Part shown: piece after piece, positions 42,435-53,433 of the stretch | How the letters are laid out: each line of letters begins with the position of its first letter | How positions within the stretch are numbered: the first letter of the stretch is position 1 | Assembly: GCA_023512225.1 (NCBI GenBank) | Contig: JAIMAA010000001.1 | Location: 8,876-72,875, forward strand | DNA length: 64,000 bases | From: Candidatus Bathyarchaeota archaeon | Lineage (GTDB): Archaea > Thermoproteota > Bathyarchaeia > Bathyarchaeales > Bathycorpusculaceae | Direction: 5' to 3' | The notes under the pieces: generated by a model | What the model was told of the DNA's origin: nothing | Database searches by the model: none | Seen by the model: the letters and a program-made list of their open reading frames with translations, nothing else | Program-made: the position numbers and the translations under genes

Positions 42435-42475
42435 CATATATTAAACTTGTAAAATTAGAAAAAGGAAAGGTTAGG

Positions 42476-42979
42476 TTACTTTGTTGTTTCTTTTAATGCT
42501 TCTTGGAAGAGTTTCTTTGTTGCTGTGAATCTTGCCTTCTGCGCTAGAACATCCGCCGTTACTAGGTCTAATGCTTCTTCTGGACACCATTTGACACATT
42601 GCGGTTCGCCTTTTTCCTTGCAGAGGTCGCATGAGAAGACTACCTTTCTGTCTGGATGAAGCATTATTGCGCCGTAATCGCACGCTTCTATGCACCATCC
42701 GCATCCGTTGCATTTGTCCTCGTCAACCATTATCACTCCTGTTTCCTCTGATTGTGTTAAGGCGTCTCTTGGGCATGCTGCAACACATGGGGGGTCTTCG
42801 CATAGTCTGCACGTAATTGAAACGTTCACGAGAGGGTTAAGCCGCACAACGCGTATTCGTGACTTTAAGGGGTTAAATGATTTCTCTTTCGTCCAGGAGC
42901 AAATGTACTCGCACACTTGGCAACCTACGCACTTGTCTGGGTCTGCTGAGACGAATTTTCTTTCGTGAATTTTCACCAT
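42476..42979 (-). CDS. 4x[4Fe-4S] electron-transfer subunit associated with AOR
   Basis: CVGCQVCE..C, CRLCEDPPC..CP, CNGCGWC..C, CDLC..C..CP. Confidence 0.85.
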   Translation of the reverse strand: MVKIHERKFVSADPDKCVGCQVCEYICSWTKEKSFNPLKSRIRVVRLNPLVNVSITCRLCEDPPCVAACPRDALTQSEETGVIMVDEDKCNGCGWCIEACDYGAIMLHPDRKVVFSCDLCKEKGEPQCVKWCPEEALDLVTADVLAQKARFTATKKLFQEALKETTK

Positions 42980-42982
42980 TGC

Positions 42983-44842
42983 TTATTCCTCCGTTTTTTC
43001 AACTATGTGTATTAGGTCATCCATGCCGAGTTCCTTTAGCTTCGCTACTGTTGGCACACCTTCTCTTGTCCATCCACGAGCCTCGTAGTAATCGTCTAGA
43101 AGCAAATCTAACTCTTCTTGCGTCACGTATGCTCCTTTGGATGGTCCTTCATCGGTAATCGGCTGGTTCATAACCTTCCAAGGTAAGCCGTCATCTTTTC
43201 TGCCTAAGCCTTCCCGCACATTGAAAACTCTTGCCAGATTGTTTATGCGTTCACCAGCCATTTTCATCTCTTGTGTTGTCATTTCTGCGCCAGTGACTAG
43301 GTTGTAAAGTTTAGTCATGTCCTCGAGTTCCTTGTAATACGTGCCACGTGAGAACTTGCAGACGATGAACGAGTCTATGAGTGTGTACATGTCTTCCATG
43401 TCCTTGACTAGTTTGCCTCTTCCTTTCTCAGCTTTTAAGCGGTTGACTTTTCCTTTCACGTCAAAAGCGTATGCTCCGTGGCGGTTGTGGTCTGCTCCGC
43501 GGAAGGAAACAGCAAAACCTAACGCTGCCGTTTTGAGGCATCTAAGGTCGTAACCGGTGACCTCGACTCCTTTAATATGCAGTGCCAGTTTTTCTGCGCC
43601 GTTACCAATTTTTTCGGCAGCAACTTTCACTCCTTCAGCAAGTGTGTCGCCTATGCCTTCACGTTTGCCCATTTTTTCAAGAAGCTTTACCAATGCTTCG
43701 TGATTGCCGAACTTTGCGTCTATCCCATCCATATCTTTCTCTGTTAATATGCCCTTTTCATAGCAGTCCATCGCAAAACCAACAATCACACCAGCGCTTA
43801 TAGAGTCCATTCCGTAGTAGTTGCATAAGTCCATTCCTTTTATTATGGCGTCAAGTCGGTCGATGCCGCAGTATGGTCCCAAAGCCCACAAAGGCTCGTA
43901 CTCCATCCGCGTCATGGTGCCCTTGTATGGTCCTTCAGCAACAACACATATGTGTTCACATCGCATTGCACATGAGCTGCATCCAATGACTTTTGCAACG
44001 TATCTATCGTTTAGGGCTTCGCCGCTGACTCTTTCCGCGCCTTCGAAGGTTGCATTGTTGTAGTTTCTTGTTGGCATGCAATGCAGAGCGTTGTGTACTA
44101 GAACGTTTTCTGGCGTGCCTAAGGTTCTATATTTCTGTGTTGCTGGACCTTTCATTCTTTCGTGGAATTCTTTCACGTATTCCATGAATTCTTCAGGTTT
44201 AGCCACTGTGATGTCGCGTGTTCCACGTACAGCAATTGCCTTCAGGTTCTTTGAACCCATCACCGCGCCCATTCCTGTTCTTCCAGCGGCTCTTGTCTTG
44301 TCATTGATTATGCATGCTATTTTGACGAGTTTCTCTCCAGCAAGACCGATGGCTGCAACGCGAATGTAATAGTCGCCTAACTCCTCTCTAATCGCATCTT
44401 CAGTGTCTGCCGGCGATTTACCCATCAAATGCGAAGCGTCTAAAAGCTGAACCGAATCGTCGTCAATCCAGACGTAAACTGGCTTTTCCGCTTTGCCCTT
44501 GAAAATCACCGCGTCATAGCCCGCTCTTTTCAGTTCTGTTCCGAAAGAACCATGAGATTTGGCTTCACCTACACCATAGCTTTGAGGCGATTTCGAAACG
44601 AAGGCATGTCCATTTCCGCCAGTTGGCCAAACGGTGCCTGAAATTGGGCCTGTCGTTAGAATAAGCGGATTTTCTGGGCTTAATGGCTCTACTCCCGGTT
44701 TTGAGTGGTCTAGCCATAAGCGCATTCCTAATCCTATTCCGCCAATGTATTTTTTGGCGTATTCTTCGTTTAAGGGTTCTACATGGGTTTTTCCTGTTGT
44801 TAAGTCTACATGAAGAATTCTACCAGCGTAGCCGTGCAACAT
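42983..44842 (-). CDS. aor: Tungsten aldehyde:ferredoxin oxidoreductase
   Basis: GYAGRIL.VDL, ELKRAGYD, AAGR.GMGAVMGSKNLKA, CxxCxxxC, EYE, GMDSIS. Confidence 0.9.
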   Translation of the reverse strand: MLHGYAGRILHVDLTTGKTHVEPLNEEYAKKYIGGIGLGMRLWLDHSKPGVEPLSPENPLILTTGPISGTVWPTGGNGHAFVSKSPQSYGVGEAKSHGSFGTELKRAGYDAVIFKGKAEKPVYVWIDDDSVQLLDASHLMGKSPADTEDAIREELGDYYIRVAAIGLAGEKLVKIACIINDKTRAAGRTGMGAVMGSKNLKAIAVRGTRDITVAKPEEFMEYVKEFHERMKGPATQKYRTLGTPENVLVHNALHCMPTRNYNNATFEGAERVSGEALNDRYVAKVIGCSSCAMRCEHICVVAEGPYKGTMTRMEYEPLWALGPYCGIDRLDAIIKGMDLCNYYGMDSISAGVIVGFAMDCYEKGILTEKDMDGIDAKFGNHEALVKLLEKMGKREGIGDTLAEGVKVAAEKIGNGAEKLALHIKGVEVTGYDLRCLKTAALGFAVSFRGADHNRHGAYAFDVKGKVNRLKAEKGRGKLVKDMEDMYTLIDSFIVCKFSRGTYYKELEDMTKLYNLVTGAEMTTQEMKMAGERINNLARVFNVREGLGRKDDGLPWKVMNQPITDEGPSKGAYVTQEELDLLLDDYYEARGWTREGVPTVAKLKELGMDDLIHIVEKTEE

Positions 44843-45012
44843 TTTTCCTCCACGTTTAGCATATTTTTAAGAATTATTAACTTTTGTTATATAGATATAT
44901 TAATGTATCTGCATGAGTTTCGCTGATTTATCAAAACAAACTTTGAGATGAAAATTGCAAATGAACGATTCTTTTAGCGTGGTAAAAAAGAAGAAGTGGA
45001 GATTTTGGAAGT

Positions 45013-46578
45013 TTAAATTGCTTCTTTTAAGAGTTCTATGACATCTTTAACTGCAATCTTGTTCTCTACATCTAACACTTTAACAGCATCTTCCAGAGTT
45101 GTTACACAGAATGGGCAAGCAACGGCAATAACGTCAACGCCGAGCTCCAAAGCCTCTTTAACTCGGTCCACGCATGGTCTCTTTTCTGAAGGCGCCTCTT
45201 CAGTCCAAACTCTTCCGGCTCCACCGCCACAACAGAAACTGCTCTGCCTTGTTCGCTTCATTTCAATAAGTTCTAACCCGTTTATTGCCTTCAAGATTTC
45301 TCGTGGTGCATCATATACTTCGTTGCGTTTGCCTAAGAAGCATGGGTCGTGATATGCAACCTTTTTTCTCACAGACTTCGTTGGTTTTATTTTGCCTTGT
45401 CTGATTGCATCTGCCAGATATTGTGTGTAATGTTGTACGTTGAGTTTTTCGTCAGCATATGGCTTGTCATTCTTGAACGTGTTGTAACAATGCGGCGACA
45501 ACGTGATGATTTTTTCTGCGTTGAATTTTTTGAACATGTCAATATTGTGTATGGCGAGTTCTTCGAAAAGTCCTTTTTCGCCCATTCTTAGCATGTGGTC
45601 TCCGCAACACCATTCTTCAGTGCCCAGAGTTGCATAGTTTACGCCAAGACTGTTTAATATTTGAGCCATCGCTTTGGCAATTTCTCTGTTTCTAATATCA
45701 AAAGTAGTTGAGCAACACGTGAAAAGCAAAACGTCAGCCTTTGAAACGTCTGGAAATGTTTTAACATTCAAGCCTTCAGCCCAATCCATCCTCTTGCTCT
45801 GATGTGTTCCCATAGGATTGTGATATTTGTAGACGCTTTCAAGGACATCCTTGACTGTTCTTGGGATGTTTCCAGCTTCGACCAAGAAGCAGTGGTCATC
45901 AAGTATCGCGTTTGCGCAACTCACAAGTTTTGGACAGAACAATGTGCATGAGTTACATTGAGTGCAAAGCCATACATTATCCGCCATGGGCTTTAAACGT
46001 TCGTCTAAGCCGTTGTCCCTTGAGTCGGTGAGGAACCTGTAATTGGCAGTTAACGCTGTGGGTCCTAGGAATCTCTCGTCTATTGCGGCTGGGCACGCCG
46101 AGTAACAGATTGAACATTTAATGCATAGTGTCAAGTCCCAGAATTTCTTAAGTTCCTCTGGTGTCTGAGCAAATTCACTGGGTTGTTTGAACGTTTCTTC
46201 TGGTTTTATCAAAACAGTTCTTATTTTCTTATATTTCTCGAAGAACGGTTGAATATCCACAACAAGGTCTTTGATTACTGGTAAGTTTGAAAGCGGCTCA
46301 ATTGTCAACGAATCAGCATTCAAATGTAGCACTTGTGTGTAGCATGCCAGCATAGGTTTTCCATTAATGTTAACTGCACAGTCTCCGCAAATTCCCATTC
46401 TGCATGATTGCCGAAAAGCAAGCGTCTCATCCAAGTTATCTTTTATGTAAAGCAAAGCGTCAAGTATGGTTGTTCCTTTGCGAATCGGCACTTTATACGT
46501 GGACACATAACGCCTTTTACTCTCCGGATCGTATCTGCTTATTTTGAATTCAACAATTTTCTCAACTTTAGTGCTCAT
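45013..46578 (-). CDS. tfrB: Fumarate reductase Fe-S subunit fused to CCG domains (TfrB-like)
   Basis: SCRMGICGDC [2Fe-2S], CIKCSIC..CP, CTQCNSC..CP, WCCG, YHDPCFLG, CCGGG, ACPFC. Confidence 0.75.
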   Translation of the reverse strand: MSTKVEKIVEFKISRYDPESKRRYVSTYKVPIRKGTTILDALLYIKDNLDETLAFRQSCRMGICGDCAVNINGKPMLACYTQVLHLNADSLTIEPLSNLPVIKDLVVDIQPFFEKYKKIRTVLIKPEETFKQPSEFAQTPEELKKFWDLTLCIKCSICYSACPAAIDERFLGPTALTANYRFLTDSRDNGLDERLKPMADNVWLCTQCNSCTLFCPKLVSCANAILDDHCFLVEAGNIPRTVKDVLESVYKYHNPMGTHQSKRMDWAEGLNVKTFPDVSKADVLLFTCCSTTFDIRNREIAKAMAQILNSLGVNYATLGTEEWCCGDHMLRMGEKGLFEELAIHNIDMFKKFNAEKIITLSPHCYNTFKNDKPYADEKLNVQHYTQYLADAIRQGKIKPTKSVRKKVAYHDPCFLGKRNEVYDAPREILKAINGLELIEMKRTRQSSFCCGGGAGRVWTEEAPSEKRPCVDRVKEALELGVDVIAVACPFCVTTLEDAVKVLDVENKIAVKDVIELLKEAI

Positions 46579-46590
46579 TTCTTCATCCTC

Positions 46591-48291
46591 CTAATAAGTT
46601 CTGGCAACTGGTGACCACTTGGTTATCGTGACTGGGACGTATTCAAGTCTAGGTCCATCCTTCGTGCAATAGGCTAATGTGTGTTTGAGCCAGTTTTGGT
46701 CATCACGTTTTGGATAGTCAACTCTCGAATGGGCGCCTCGTGATTCTGCTCGTGGAAGTGCGCTGGCTATGGTTACTTCTGCTAAATCTAACATGAAATC
46801 AAGCTGTAACGCGGACAAAAATCCAGTGTTGAAAAATTTGCCTTTATCCTCAACCTTTATGCGCTTAAACCTTTGCTTAAGCTCTCTTATTTCTTTCATG
46901 GCTGCTTGAAGCTGGTCGCCTTTGCGGTATATCCAAACCTTCTCGTTCATTATACGCCGCATTTCATCTCTGATTGCTGGAACTCTTTCGCTTCCTTCGC
47001 TTCCCAATATTCCGTCGAAAACTCTCTTTTCTTCCGCCAACAATTTTTCTTTAGGAACTTCATGGAGAGTGTTTTTCAACGCGTACTTTGCGGCTTCTTC
47101 GCCTGCAACTGCTCCGAAAACTAGACATTCAGCAGTTGAGTTTGTGCCAAGCCTGTTCGCGCCGTGCACGCTTATGCATGAGCATTCACCTGCAGCGTAT
47201 AAGCCAGCTATAGACGTTTCACTTTTTATGTTGGCTTTGATTCCTCCCATGGAGTAGTGCGCTGCTGGTCGAATGGGTATCGGCTCCTTAACGGGGTCCA
47301 CTCCTCCAAGCTTTATTGCAACATCGCGAATGAGCGGCAACCGTTCATTAATTTTTTCTTCACCTAAATGTCTAAGGTCTAAAGCTATGTAAGGTCCATA
47401 AGGTCCTTCAAGTCCGCGTCCTTCCAAGATTTCTGTTTGTTCTGCTCTTGAAACAACATCGCGTGGAGCCAGCTCCATTTTTTCCGGTGCATATTTCTTC
47501 ATGAAGCGTTCGCCATTAGCATTAATTAAGTATCCCCCTTCGCCTCGGGCGCCTTCAGTAATTAGAACGCCCGATGGAACCAAGCCTGTGGGGTGGAATT
47601 GTACGAATTCCATGTCTTCTAAGGGCGCACCAGCACGGTACGCCATCGCCATTCCATCACCTGTGGTTGTGTGTGAGAATGTTGTGAATTCATAAATGCG
47701 TTCGTGTCCTCCTGTTGCCATAATTATGGCTTTCGCAGAGAACGCGTGCATACCGCCAGCTGTCATGTCTATGGCTGTCAATCCCACTGCAATGTTATTC
47801 TCCACCACAAGCGAAGTTGCGAACCATTCATCATAAAATTTCACGTTGCCGTATGTTATTGCTTTCCCGTATATCGCGTGCATTTCATGGAAACCCGTCA
47901 TGTCCGCTGCAAAGCAAGCTCTTGGGAACGAATGTCCACCGAATGGTCGTTGGTCTATTTTCCCTTCTTGCGTGCGACTCCATGGGCATCCCCAGTGCTC
48001 CGTTAATATGATTTCTTTTGGTGCTTGCCTAACAAAGAATTCCACAGCGTCTTGGTCTGCGAGATAATCCGCACCTTTTACTGTGTCAAACGCGTGCAAA
48101 TCAAAGGAGTCTTTTTCGCGCATGACCGCTGCTGTTCCGCCTTGTGCACAAACAGAATGAGACCTTAATGGGTGATGCTTGGAAATTACAGCAATATCCA
48201 ACTTGTTGCTGATTTCTGCCGCGGTAACTGCTGCTCTCAAACCTGCTAAGCCAGCTCCAACTATAACTATGTCATGAACGTTTTTTTCCAT
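46591..48291 (-). CDS. tfrA: Fumarate reductase/succinate dehydrogenase flavoprotein (TfrA/SdhA-like)
   Basis: [56 protein letters not shown]; no membrane anchor genes adjacent. Confidence 0.8.
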   Translation of the reverse strand: MEKNVHDIVIVGAGLAGLRAAVTAAEISNKLDIAVISKHHPLRSHSVCAQGGTAAVMREKDSFDLHAFDTVKGADYLADQDAVEFFVRQAPKEIILTEHWGCPWSRTQEGKIDQRPFGGHSFPRACFAADMTGFHEMHAIYGKAITYGNVKFYDEWFATSLVVENNIAVGLTAIDMTAGGMHAFSAKAIIMATGGHERIYEFTTFSHTTTGDGMAMAYRAGAPLEDMEFVQFHPTGLVPSGVLITEGARGEGGYLINANGERFMKKYAPEKMELAPRDVVSRAEQTEILEGRGLEGPYGPYIALDLRHLGEEKINERLPLIRDVAIKLGGVDPVKEPIPIRPAAHYSMGGIKANIKSETSIAGLYAAGECSCISVHGANRLGTNSTAECLVFGAVAGEEAAKYALKNTLHEVPKEKLLAEEKRVFDGILGSEGSERVPAIRDEMRRIMNEKVWIYRKGDQLQAAMKEIRELKQRFKRIKVEDKGKFFNTGFLSALQLDFMLDLAEVTIASALPRAESRGAHSRVDYPKRDDQNWLKHTLAYCTKDGPRLEYVPVTITKWSPVARTY

Positions 48292-48457
48292 CCACCTTTC
48301 ACCTGCGCTATGAGAATAACCACTACTTTATCATGTAGGTTTTATAGTTTTCCGACAACAAGCAAATTTTAAAATGTTTTCATTCATGAAAAACGCATTT
48401 ACCTTTCTTATTTTTATTTTCAATGGAAACTGAAGGGCGAAGTTCAAGAAATTGAAA

Positions 48458-49288
48458 TTATTCTTTTCTTTTTTCTCCTTCAGGAATTCCGTTTGGTTCT
48501 GGTGGTGGGCGGTGGCATAACTCGTGAGGATGCCAGCGAACCCACTGTTTCATAAGCTCAAACGGTTTGCTTAGAGTGTATAGCGATTCTGGTTGTGGAA
48601 AGCCGAAAATCATGTTTTTAATTCTTCCAGCCGCAATTTGAATAGTTAGTGTGATTATAGCAAGCCATAATGTGGTATAAAAAGTAACTAAGACGCCCCA
48701 TGAAGATGCAAGTTCGAAAGGCAAGGTGGCTATCCACGCAAAAGCGAATATTACTGAAGGCATAATAAAATGTAAAATGGCTGAAAAGGCAAAAAAGGCA
48801 ATTGCCAACGCAAAGTAGTAATTTCTTAGTTTTGGCAAAGTTTTCTTTATTATAGAAAACACGATTAAATCACCTTGTCCTAAACCTGTTTCTTCTTTAA
48901 TGGCTTTTAAAAAAACATCCGCATTTTTGGGAATTTCAAATGCTTCTTCAAACGCCATTAAGGCAGTGCAAAGGATAAAGATGGTTGCACTCAGCAACAA
49001 GCCAGCTTGAATAATCGTCGCAGTTACAACAAAGGTGAGAATTAAAGCTGTGAAAAAAATTAGAAATGGCAACATAGTGATTATGTCGCTGTGAATGATT
49101 GTCCTTCTGCTTGGGTACGGGTCAAAAATGTTGAAGCGTTTGTGGAAAATGTTTGGTGTAAGCTTTTTTGTGATTTTCTGTATTGCACGTGACTTTTTAT
49201 GTAAGATTAGTGAAAAGGCTATGGATACGCAGCCTATTGCGATAAGAATTGCTGATGAAACTAATAATGGAGTGTCGAGCATGCTCAA
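48458..49288 (-). CDS. Hypothetical membrane protein
   Basis: About 5 hydrophobic segments; no motif recognised. Confidence 0.6.
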   Translation of the reverse strand: MSMLDTPLLVSSAILIAIGCVSIAFSLILHKKSRAIQKITKKLTPNIFHKRFNIFDPYPSRRTIIHSDIITMLPFLIFFTALILTFVVTATIIQAGLLLSATIFILCTALMAFEEAFEIPKNADVFLKAIKEETGLGQGDLIVFSIIKKTLPKLRNYYFALAIAFFAFSAILHFIMPSVIFAFAWIATLPFELASSWGVLVTFYTTLWLAIITLTIQIAAGRIKNMIFGFPQPESLYTLSKPFELMKQWVRWHPHELCHRPPPEPNGIPEGEKRKE

Positions 49289-49518
49289 CTCCGCTGCTAG
49301 TTATATTGTGGTTGAAACTTAAAAATTTGCCGTCGCGTATTTGAAACTAACTAAAACAGCTGTCTCTCACAATTATTATTACTTCCCAAAAAGCGCCGCA
49401 GTTAGTAATAGAAAATTTTGTAATCTTTTCAAAATTTGATTGTGAAAATATTTAATTCAATTATGCTTAATTGATGAGTAGATTAAAAATGGCTATTGCC
49501 AGTTAGAATGGGCAAGAC

Positions 49519-51030
49519 ATGTTTAACAAAATCTTAGTTGCTAACCGCGGGGAAATTGCAGTTAGAGTGATTAGAGCCTGTAGAGAGTTAGGAGTGAAAA
49601 CTGTCGCTATCTATTCTGAAGTAGATGCGGATTCTCTGCATGTTCAGTATGCGGATGAAAGTTATTGTGTTGGACTGGCAGACCCCAGCCAAAGCTACCT
49701 AAAAATTGATAAAATAATTGAGGTGGCTAAAAAATCAAAGTGCGAAGCAGTACATCCAGGTTATGGATTTCTTTCTCAAATCCCAGCTTTCGCTAAGGCA
49801 TGCGAAGAAAACGGCATGGAATTCATAGGGCCTTCAAGTGAAACCTTGCGAAAAATGAGCAGCAAAGTTGAAGCACGTAGAACCGCTGTCAAAGCCGGCG
49901 TATCCGCTATTCCCGGAAGCATAGAACACGCTCGGAGCGTGGATGAAGCAGTTGAAATTGCGGAGCATGTGGGGTTTCCGGTTCTCGTGAAAGCTGTTTA
50001 TGGTGGCGGAGGAAAGGGTATGCGGCTGGTCATGAACAAGAAAGAAATGCGACAAGCGTTGGAACTTACGGCTTCAGAAGCGGAAAACTCTTTTGGAAGA
50101 CGCGAAATTTACGTTGAAAAATTCCTTCCAAGAGCAAGACATATAGAATTTCAGCTTTTAGCCGATAAACATGGAAGAATTATCCACCTTGGCGAACGTG
50201 AATGCTCACTTCAGAGAAGATATCAAAAGCTTATCGAAGAAACTCCATCCATGTTCATGACTGAAAAGCTTAGGAAGGAAATGGGGAAGGCTGCCGTAAA
50301 AATTGCAGGGGCGGTGGACTATGTTAATGCTGGCACTGTCGAATTTCTCGTTGACCAAGAAGGGCATTACTATTTTTTGGAGATGAACACTAGGCTTCAG
50401 GTTGAACACTTAATTACGGAAATGGTTACTGGCTTAGACATTGTAAAGGCCCAAATCAAAATTGCTGCTGGTCAGAAGCTTGAATGCAAACAAAGCAGCA
50501 TCATTATGAGGGGGCATGCGATAAACTGTAGAATCAACGCAGAAGACCCCTTTAACAATTTCATGCCATCTCCTGGGGTCGTATCCAAACTTCAGTTGCC
50601 AGGGGGTCCGGGCGTAAGGGTTGACTCTCATCTTTACATTGGCTATTCTATCTCGGTTTTTTATGACCCTCTTATAGCTAAACTTGCAGTTTGGGGAACA
50701 AACCGTGGTGAAGCGATACAACGAATGAAAAACGCGTTGAACGAATTTGTAGTAGCCGGCGTAAAAACAACAATTCCTTTTCACAAAAAAATCATGGAGG
50801 ACGAACAGTTTCTCAAAGGGGACATTCACATAAACTTTGTTGACGAAAAAATTGAGAAACTTATGCCGAAACAAGTCTTAGAAGAGGAGGAAGCCGCCGC
50901 AATTATTGCAGTTTTAGCCGACTATGTAGAAAGAAGTGAGACTCGCGCGGTCATTCCCAAAAGAGAGTACAAGGCTGTTTCGTTGTGGAGGCTTGCTGGA
51001 AGAACGAGGAGGTTGAGTAAGGCGCTTTGA
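49519..51030 (+). CDS. accC: Biotin carboxylase (AccC/PycA-like) with epsilon-like C-terminal tail
   Basis: ANRGEIA, HPGYGFLS, GGGGKGMR, ERECSLQRR.QK, EMNTRLQVEH, RINAEDP. Confidence 0.9.
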   Translation: MFNKILVANRGEIAVRVIRACRELGVKTVAIYSEVDADSLHVQYADESYCVGLADPSQSYLKIDKIIEVAKKSKCEAVHPGYGFLSQIPAFAKACEENGMEFIGPSSETLRKMSSKVEARRTAVKAGVSAIPGSIEHARSVDEAVEIAEHVGFPVLVKAVYGGGGKGMRLVMNKKEMRQALELTASEAENSFGRREIYVEKFLPRARHIEFQLLADKHGRIIHLGERECSLQRRYQKLIEETPSMFMTEKLRKEMGKAAVKIAGAVDYVNAGTVEFLVDQEGHYYFLEMNTRLQVEHLITEMVTGLDIVKAQIKIAAGQKLECKQSSIIMRGHAINCRINAEDPFNNFMPSPGVVSKLQLPGGPGVRVDSHLYIGYSISVFYDPLIAKLAVWGTNRGEAIQRMKNALNEFVVAGVKTTIPFHKKIMEDEQFLKGDIHINFVDEKIEKLMPKQVLEEEEAAAIIAVLADYVERSETRAVIPKREYKAVSLWRLAGRTRRLSKAL

Positions 51031-51569
51031 CTTTTCAAGAAGTTTTAGTTAACAGAAAGCCATACAAAATCAAGGTTTTGGAGCGGAACGGTAACAACTT
51101 TTTGGTGGAAGTGAATGGCAAAACATTTAGTGTTGCATTCAAAAATTCTGGTCCAGGAAAAGCGGCGGTGCTGGAAATTAATGGTAAAACTTTTTCGGCG
51201 AGTGTAAATAAGGGTCATGGAGGCTTCCGTCAAGTTGTGATTGACAGAAAACTTTTCGATGTTCAACTTCAACCTAAGATTCTAAAAGAACCGCTCACGC
51301 AACCAGAGTCCACAATCAAGATTACTAAAAAGCCTGCAGCAAGTTTGGTTGTTGAAAAGGGCGCTGTGGTTGCGCCTATTTCTGGTAGAATTGTTTCCTT
51401 AAAAGCGTCTGTGGGAAGGACAGTTGAGAAAGGCGCGTGCATCTGCGTTTTGGAAGCCATGAAAATGCAAAACTTAGTAGTTTCGCATAAGGCTGGAATT
51501 GTAAGGGAAATTAGAGTTTCTGCGGGTGCTGTTGTGAACAAGGGGGATGTTTTGGCAATCATTAGTTAA
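51027..51569 (+). CDS. Biotin carboxyl carrier protein
   Basis: C-terminal biotinyl domain EAMKMQN; overlaps the BC stop. Confidence 0.85.
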   Translation: MTFQEVLVNRKPYKIKVLERNGNNFLVEVNGKTFSVAFKNSGPGKAAVLEINGKTFSASVNKGHGGFRQVVIDRKLFDVQLQPKILKEPLTQPESTIKITKKPAASLVVEKGAVVAPISGRIVSLKASVGRTVEKGACICVLEAMKMQNLVVSHKAGIVREIRVSAGAVVNKGDVLAIIS

Positions 51570-51646
51570 CTTTTGGCTGCGGTCTTGGAAACTCTTTTAT
51601 TTGATGTTTACCATGGGATTAAGCGTTCTATAAGGAGTTGAGATTA

Positions 51647-52051
51647 ATGTTTGCTGGAATGGACCATGTGGGTGTTGCAGTGAAGAATCTGGATGAGGCT
51701 ATCAGCGTTTACCGTGATGTGTTAGGGTTCAAGCCGTTGGGTGTTCATGTTTTGACGGAGCGGAAAGTTAGAGTTGCGTTTCTCTCCACTGGCGGCGAAA
51801 CACAGATTGAGCTTTTAGAACCTCTCGGCAGCGACAGTCCCGTTGCGAAGTTCCTTGAAAGTCGTGGCGAGGGTATTCATCATTTTGCTGTGGAAGTTGA
51901 TGATATTGAAGCGGTTTTAGCGGAGCTTAAGCGGAAAGGCGTTGTGCTTGTTGATGATAAACCGCGAGAAGGTGCCGAAGGTAAAAAGATAGCATTTGTC
52001 CATCCAAAAAGCACACATGGGGTTCTTTTGGAGCTTATGGAAAAACCTTAA
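51647..52051 (+). CDS. mce: Methylmalonyl-CoA epimerase
   Basis: DHVGVAV, IELLEP, GEGIHH, FVHPKSTHGVLLEL. Confidence 0.9.
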   Translation: MFAGMDHVGVAVKNLDEAISVYRDVLGFKPLGVHVLTERKVRVAFLSTGGETQIELLEPLGSDSPVAKFLESRGEGIHHFAVEVDDIEAVLAELKRKGVVLVDDKPREGAEGKKIAFVHPKSTHGVLLELMEKP

Positions 52052-52866
52052 TGGTTAGAAACGCTGTGTCAGCAAAGATAAACTTGAATAGGCTTCAAGA
52101 AGGCTTGCGCGCCAAGCGGTTTGGCAAACGAATATTTTTCAGCAGTGTTGTTGGCTCGACGAACGAGTGGGCTAAAGAGTTAGTCTTGCTTGGTGCTCCG
52201 GAGGGAACAGTCGCGATTGCTCAAACTCAGACTGGTGGACGTGGGCGGTTGGGTAGAGTGTGGTTTTCGCCTGAGGGTGGCTTGTGGTTTTCGGTTGTGC
52301 TCAAGCCTAAACTTAAGGCTGCAGAGGCGGTTAAGCTTGTGTTTGTGGCTGGTTTGGCTGTGGCTGAAGTTCTGCGCGAGTTGTATGGCTTAAAGGTTGA
52401 GACTAAGTGGCCTAACGATGTTTTGGTTGACGGGCGCAAGATTTGTGGTATATTAGCGGAGATGAGCACGGTTGGCGAAAAGGTGAATTTTGCGGTTTTG
52501 GGTATAGGCGTTAACGCAAACTTTGACGCCGGAAAGGTTTTTCCAGAAGAACTTTGGGGAAATGCGACTTCTTTGATGAATGAGCTTGGCAGAAAGGTTA
52601 AGCTGGAAGAATTATTTAGGGTGTTGCTTGAAAGGCTAGACTGTGTTTACGAACAGTTTTTGAAGGAAGGATTCAGCCTCATTCTGGAAAGATGGAAAAG
52701 CTACGCAGGTTTTCTTGGCAAACAAGTGGTTGTTACGAGCGGAACTGAAACATTGCATGGATTGGCTTTAGACGTTGACAATGAAGGCGCTTTGGCTATT
52801 AGGCTTGAGGATGGAACAGTAAAGCGTATCTTTGTTGGAGACGTTTCCCTTCGAGCTAAGATTTAG
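52051..52866 (+). CDS. birA: Biotin-protein ligase
   Basis: STN, QTGGRGRLGRVW.SP, KWPNDV..RKICGIL, GIGVN; no N-terminal HTH. Confidence 0.92.
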   Translation: MVRNAVSAKINLNRLQEGLRAKRFGKRIFFSSVVGSTNEWAKELVLLGAPEGTVAIAQTQTGGRGRLGRVWFSPEGGLWFSVVLKPKLKAAEAVKLVFVAGLAVAEVLRELYGLKVETKWPNDVLVDGRKICGILAEMSTVGEKVNFAVLGIGVNANFDAGKVFPEELWGNATSLMNELGRKVKLEELFRVLLERLDCVYEQFLKEGFSLILERWKSYAGFLGKQVVVTSGTETLHGLALDVDNEGALAIRLEDGTVKRIFVGDVSLRAKI

Positions 52867-53008
52867 TCGTTGCACCTTTTTAGGCGGCATTGAGAAGTTT
52901 AGAGCCTGGAGGAATTGTGTCTTTGTCAGACATTCTTTTAACTGTTATTGAATGAGTCGTTTGCGAAAAATTTTAATTTTGTCGGTGTAACTATGGAATG
53001 GTGGTATT

Positions 53009-53320
53009 GTGTCTACAAAAAATTGCACGAAATGTGGCAAGCTCATACCTTCCGATTCATCATTTTGCCCATATTGTGGAACACCACTTTCGACTCCAAT
53101 TAACACTCACTCATTAGGATGGATGGTTATGTCTTTCCTCATCTCCTTCTTGTGGTTTAGGATTGGCAATAATCCTGTATTTCCTCTGGGGTTTATTGGA
53201 GCGTTTATTATCGCATTATGGTCAGCTGATATTGACAAGGCTCTTGGAAAGGAGCCACTTTTCAACTACTCTTTAATATTATCGAGCATAGGTATGCTCA
53301 TTGGATTTATAGTGCGATAA
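53009..53320 (+). CDS. Zinc-ribbon membrane protein
   Basis: CTKCG..FCPYCG followed by three hydrophobic segments. Confidence 0.65.
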   Translation: MSTKNCTKCGKLIPSDSSFCPYCGTPLSTPINTHSLGWMVMSFLISFLWFRIGNNPVFPLGFIGAFIIALWSADIDKALGKEPLFNYSLILSSIGMLIGFIVR

Positions 53321-53433
53321 GGATGCAGCAGTACGTTCGCAACTTTCGAAAATTGATGAGTCAGATTGGTTTATGCTTCCATAGGTTCTAAATATTTGTT
53401 GTTGTGTTATAATGTTTCAATTTGAGGTAGTCT

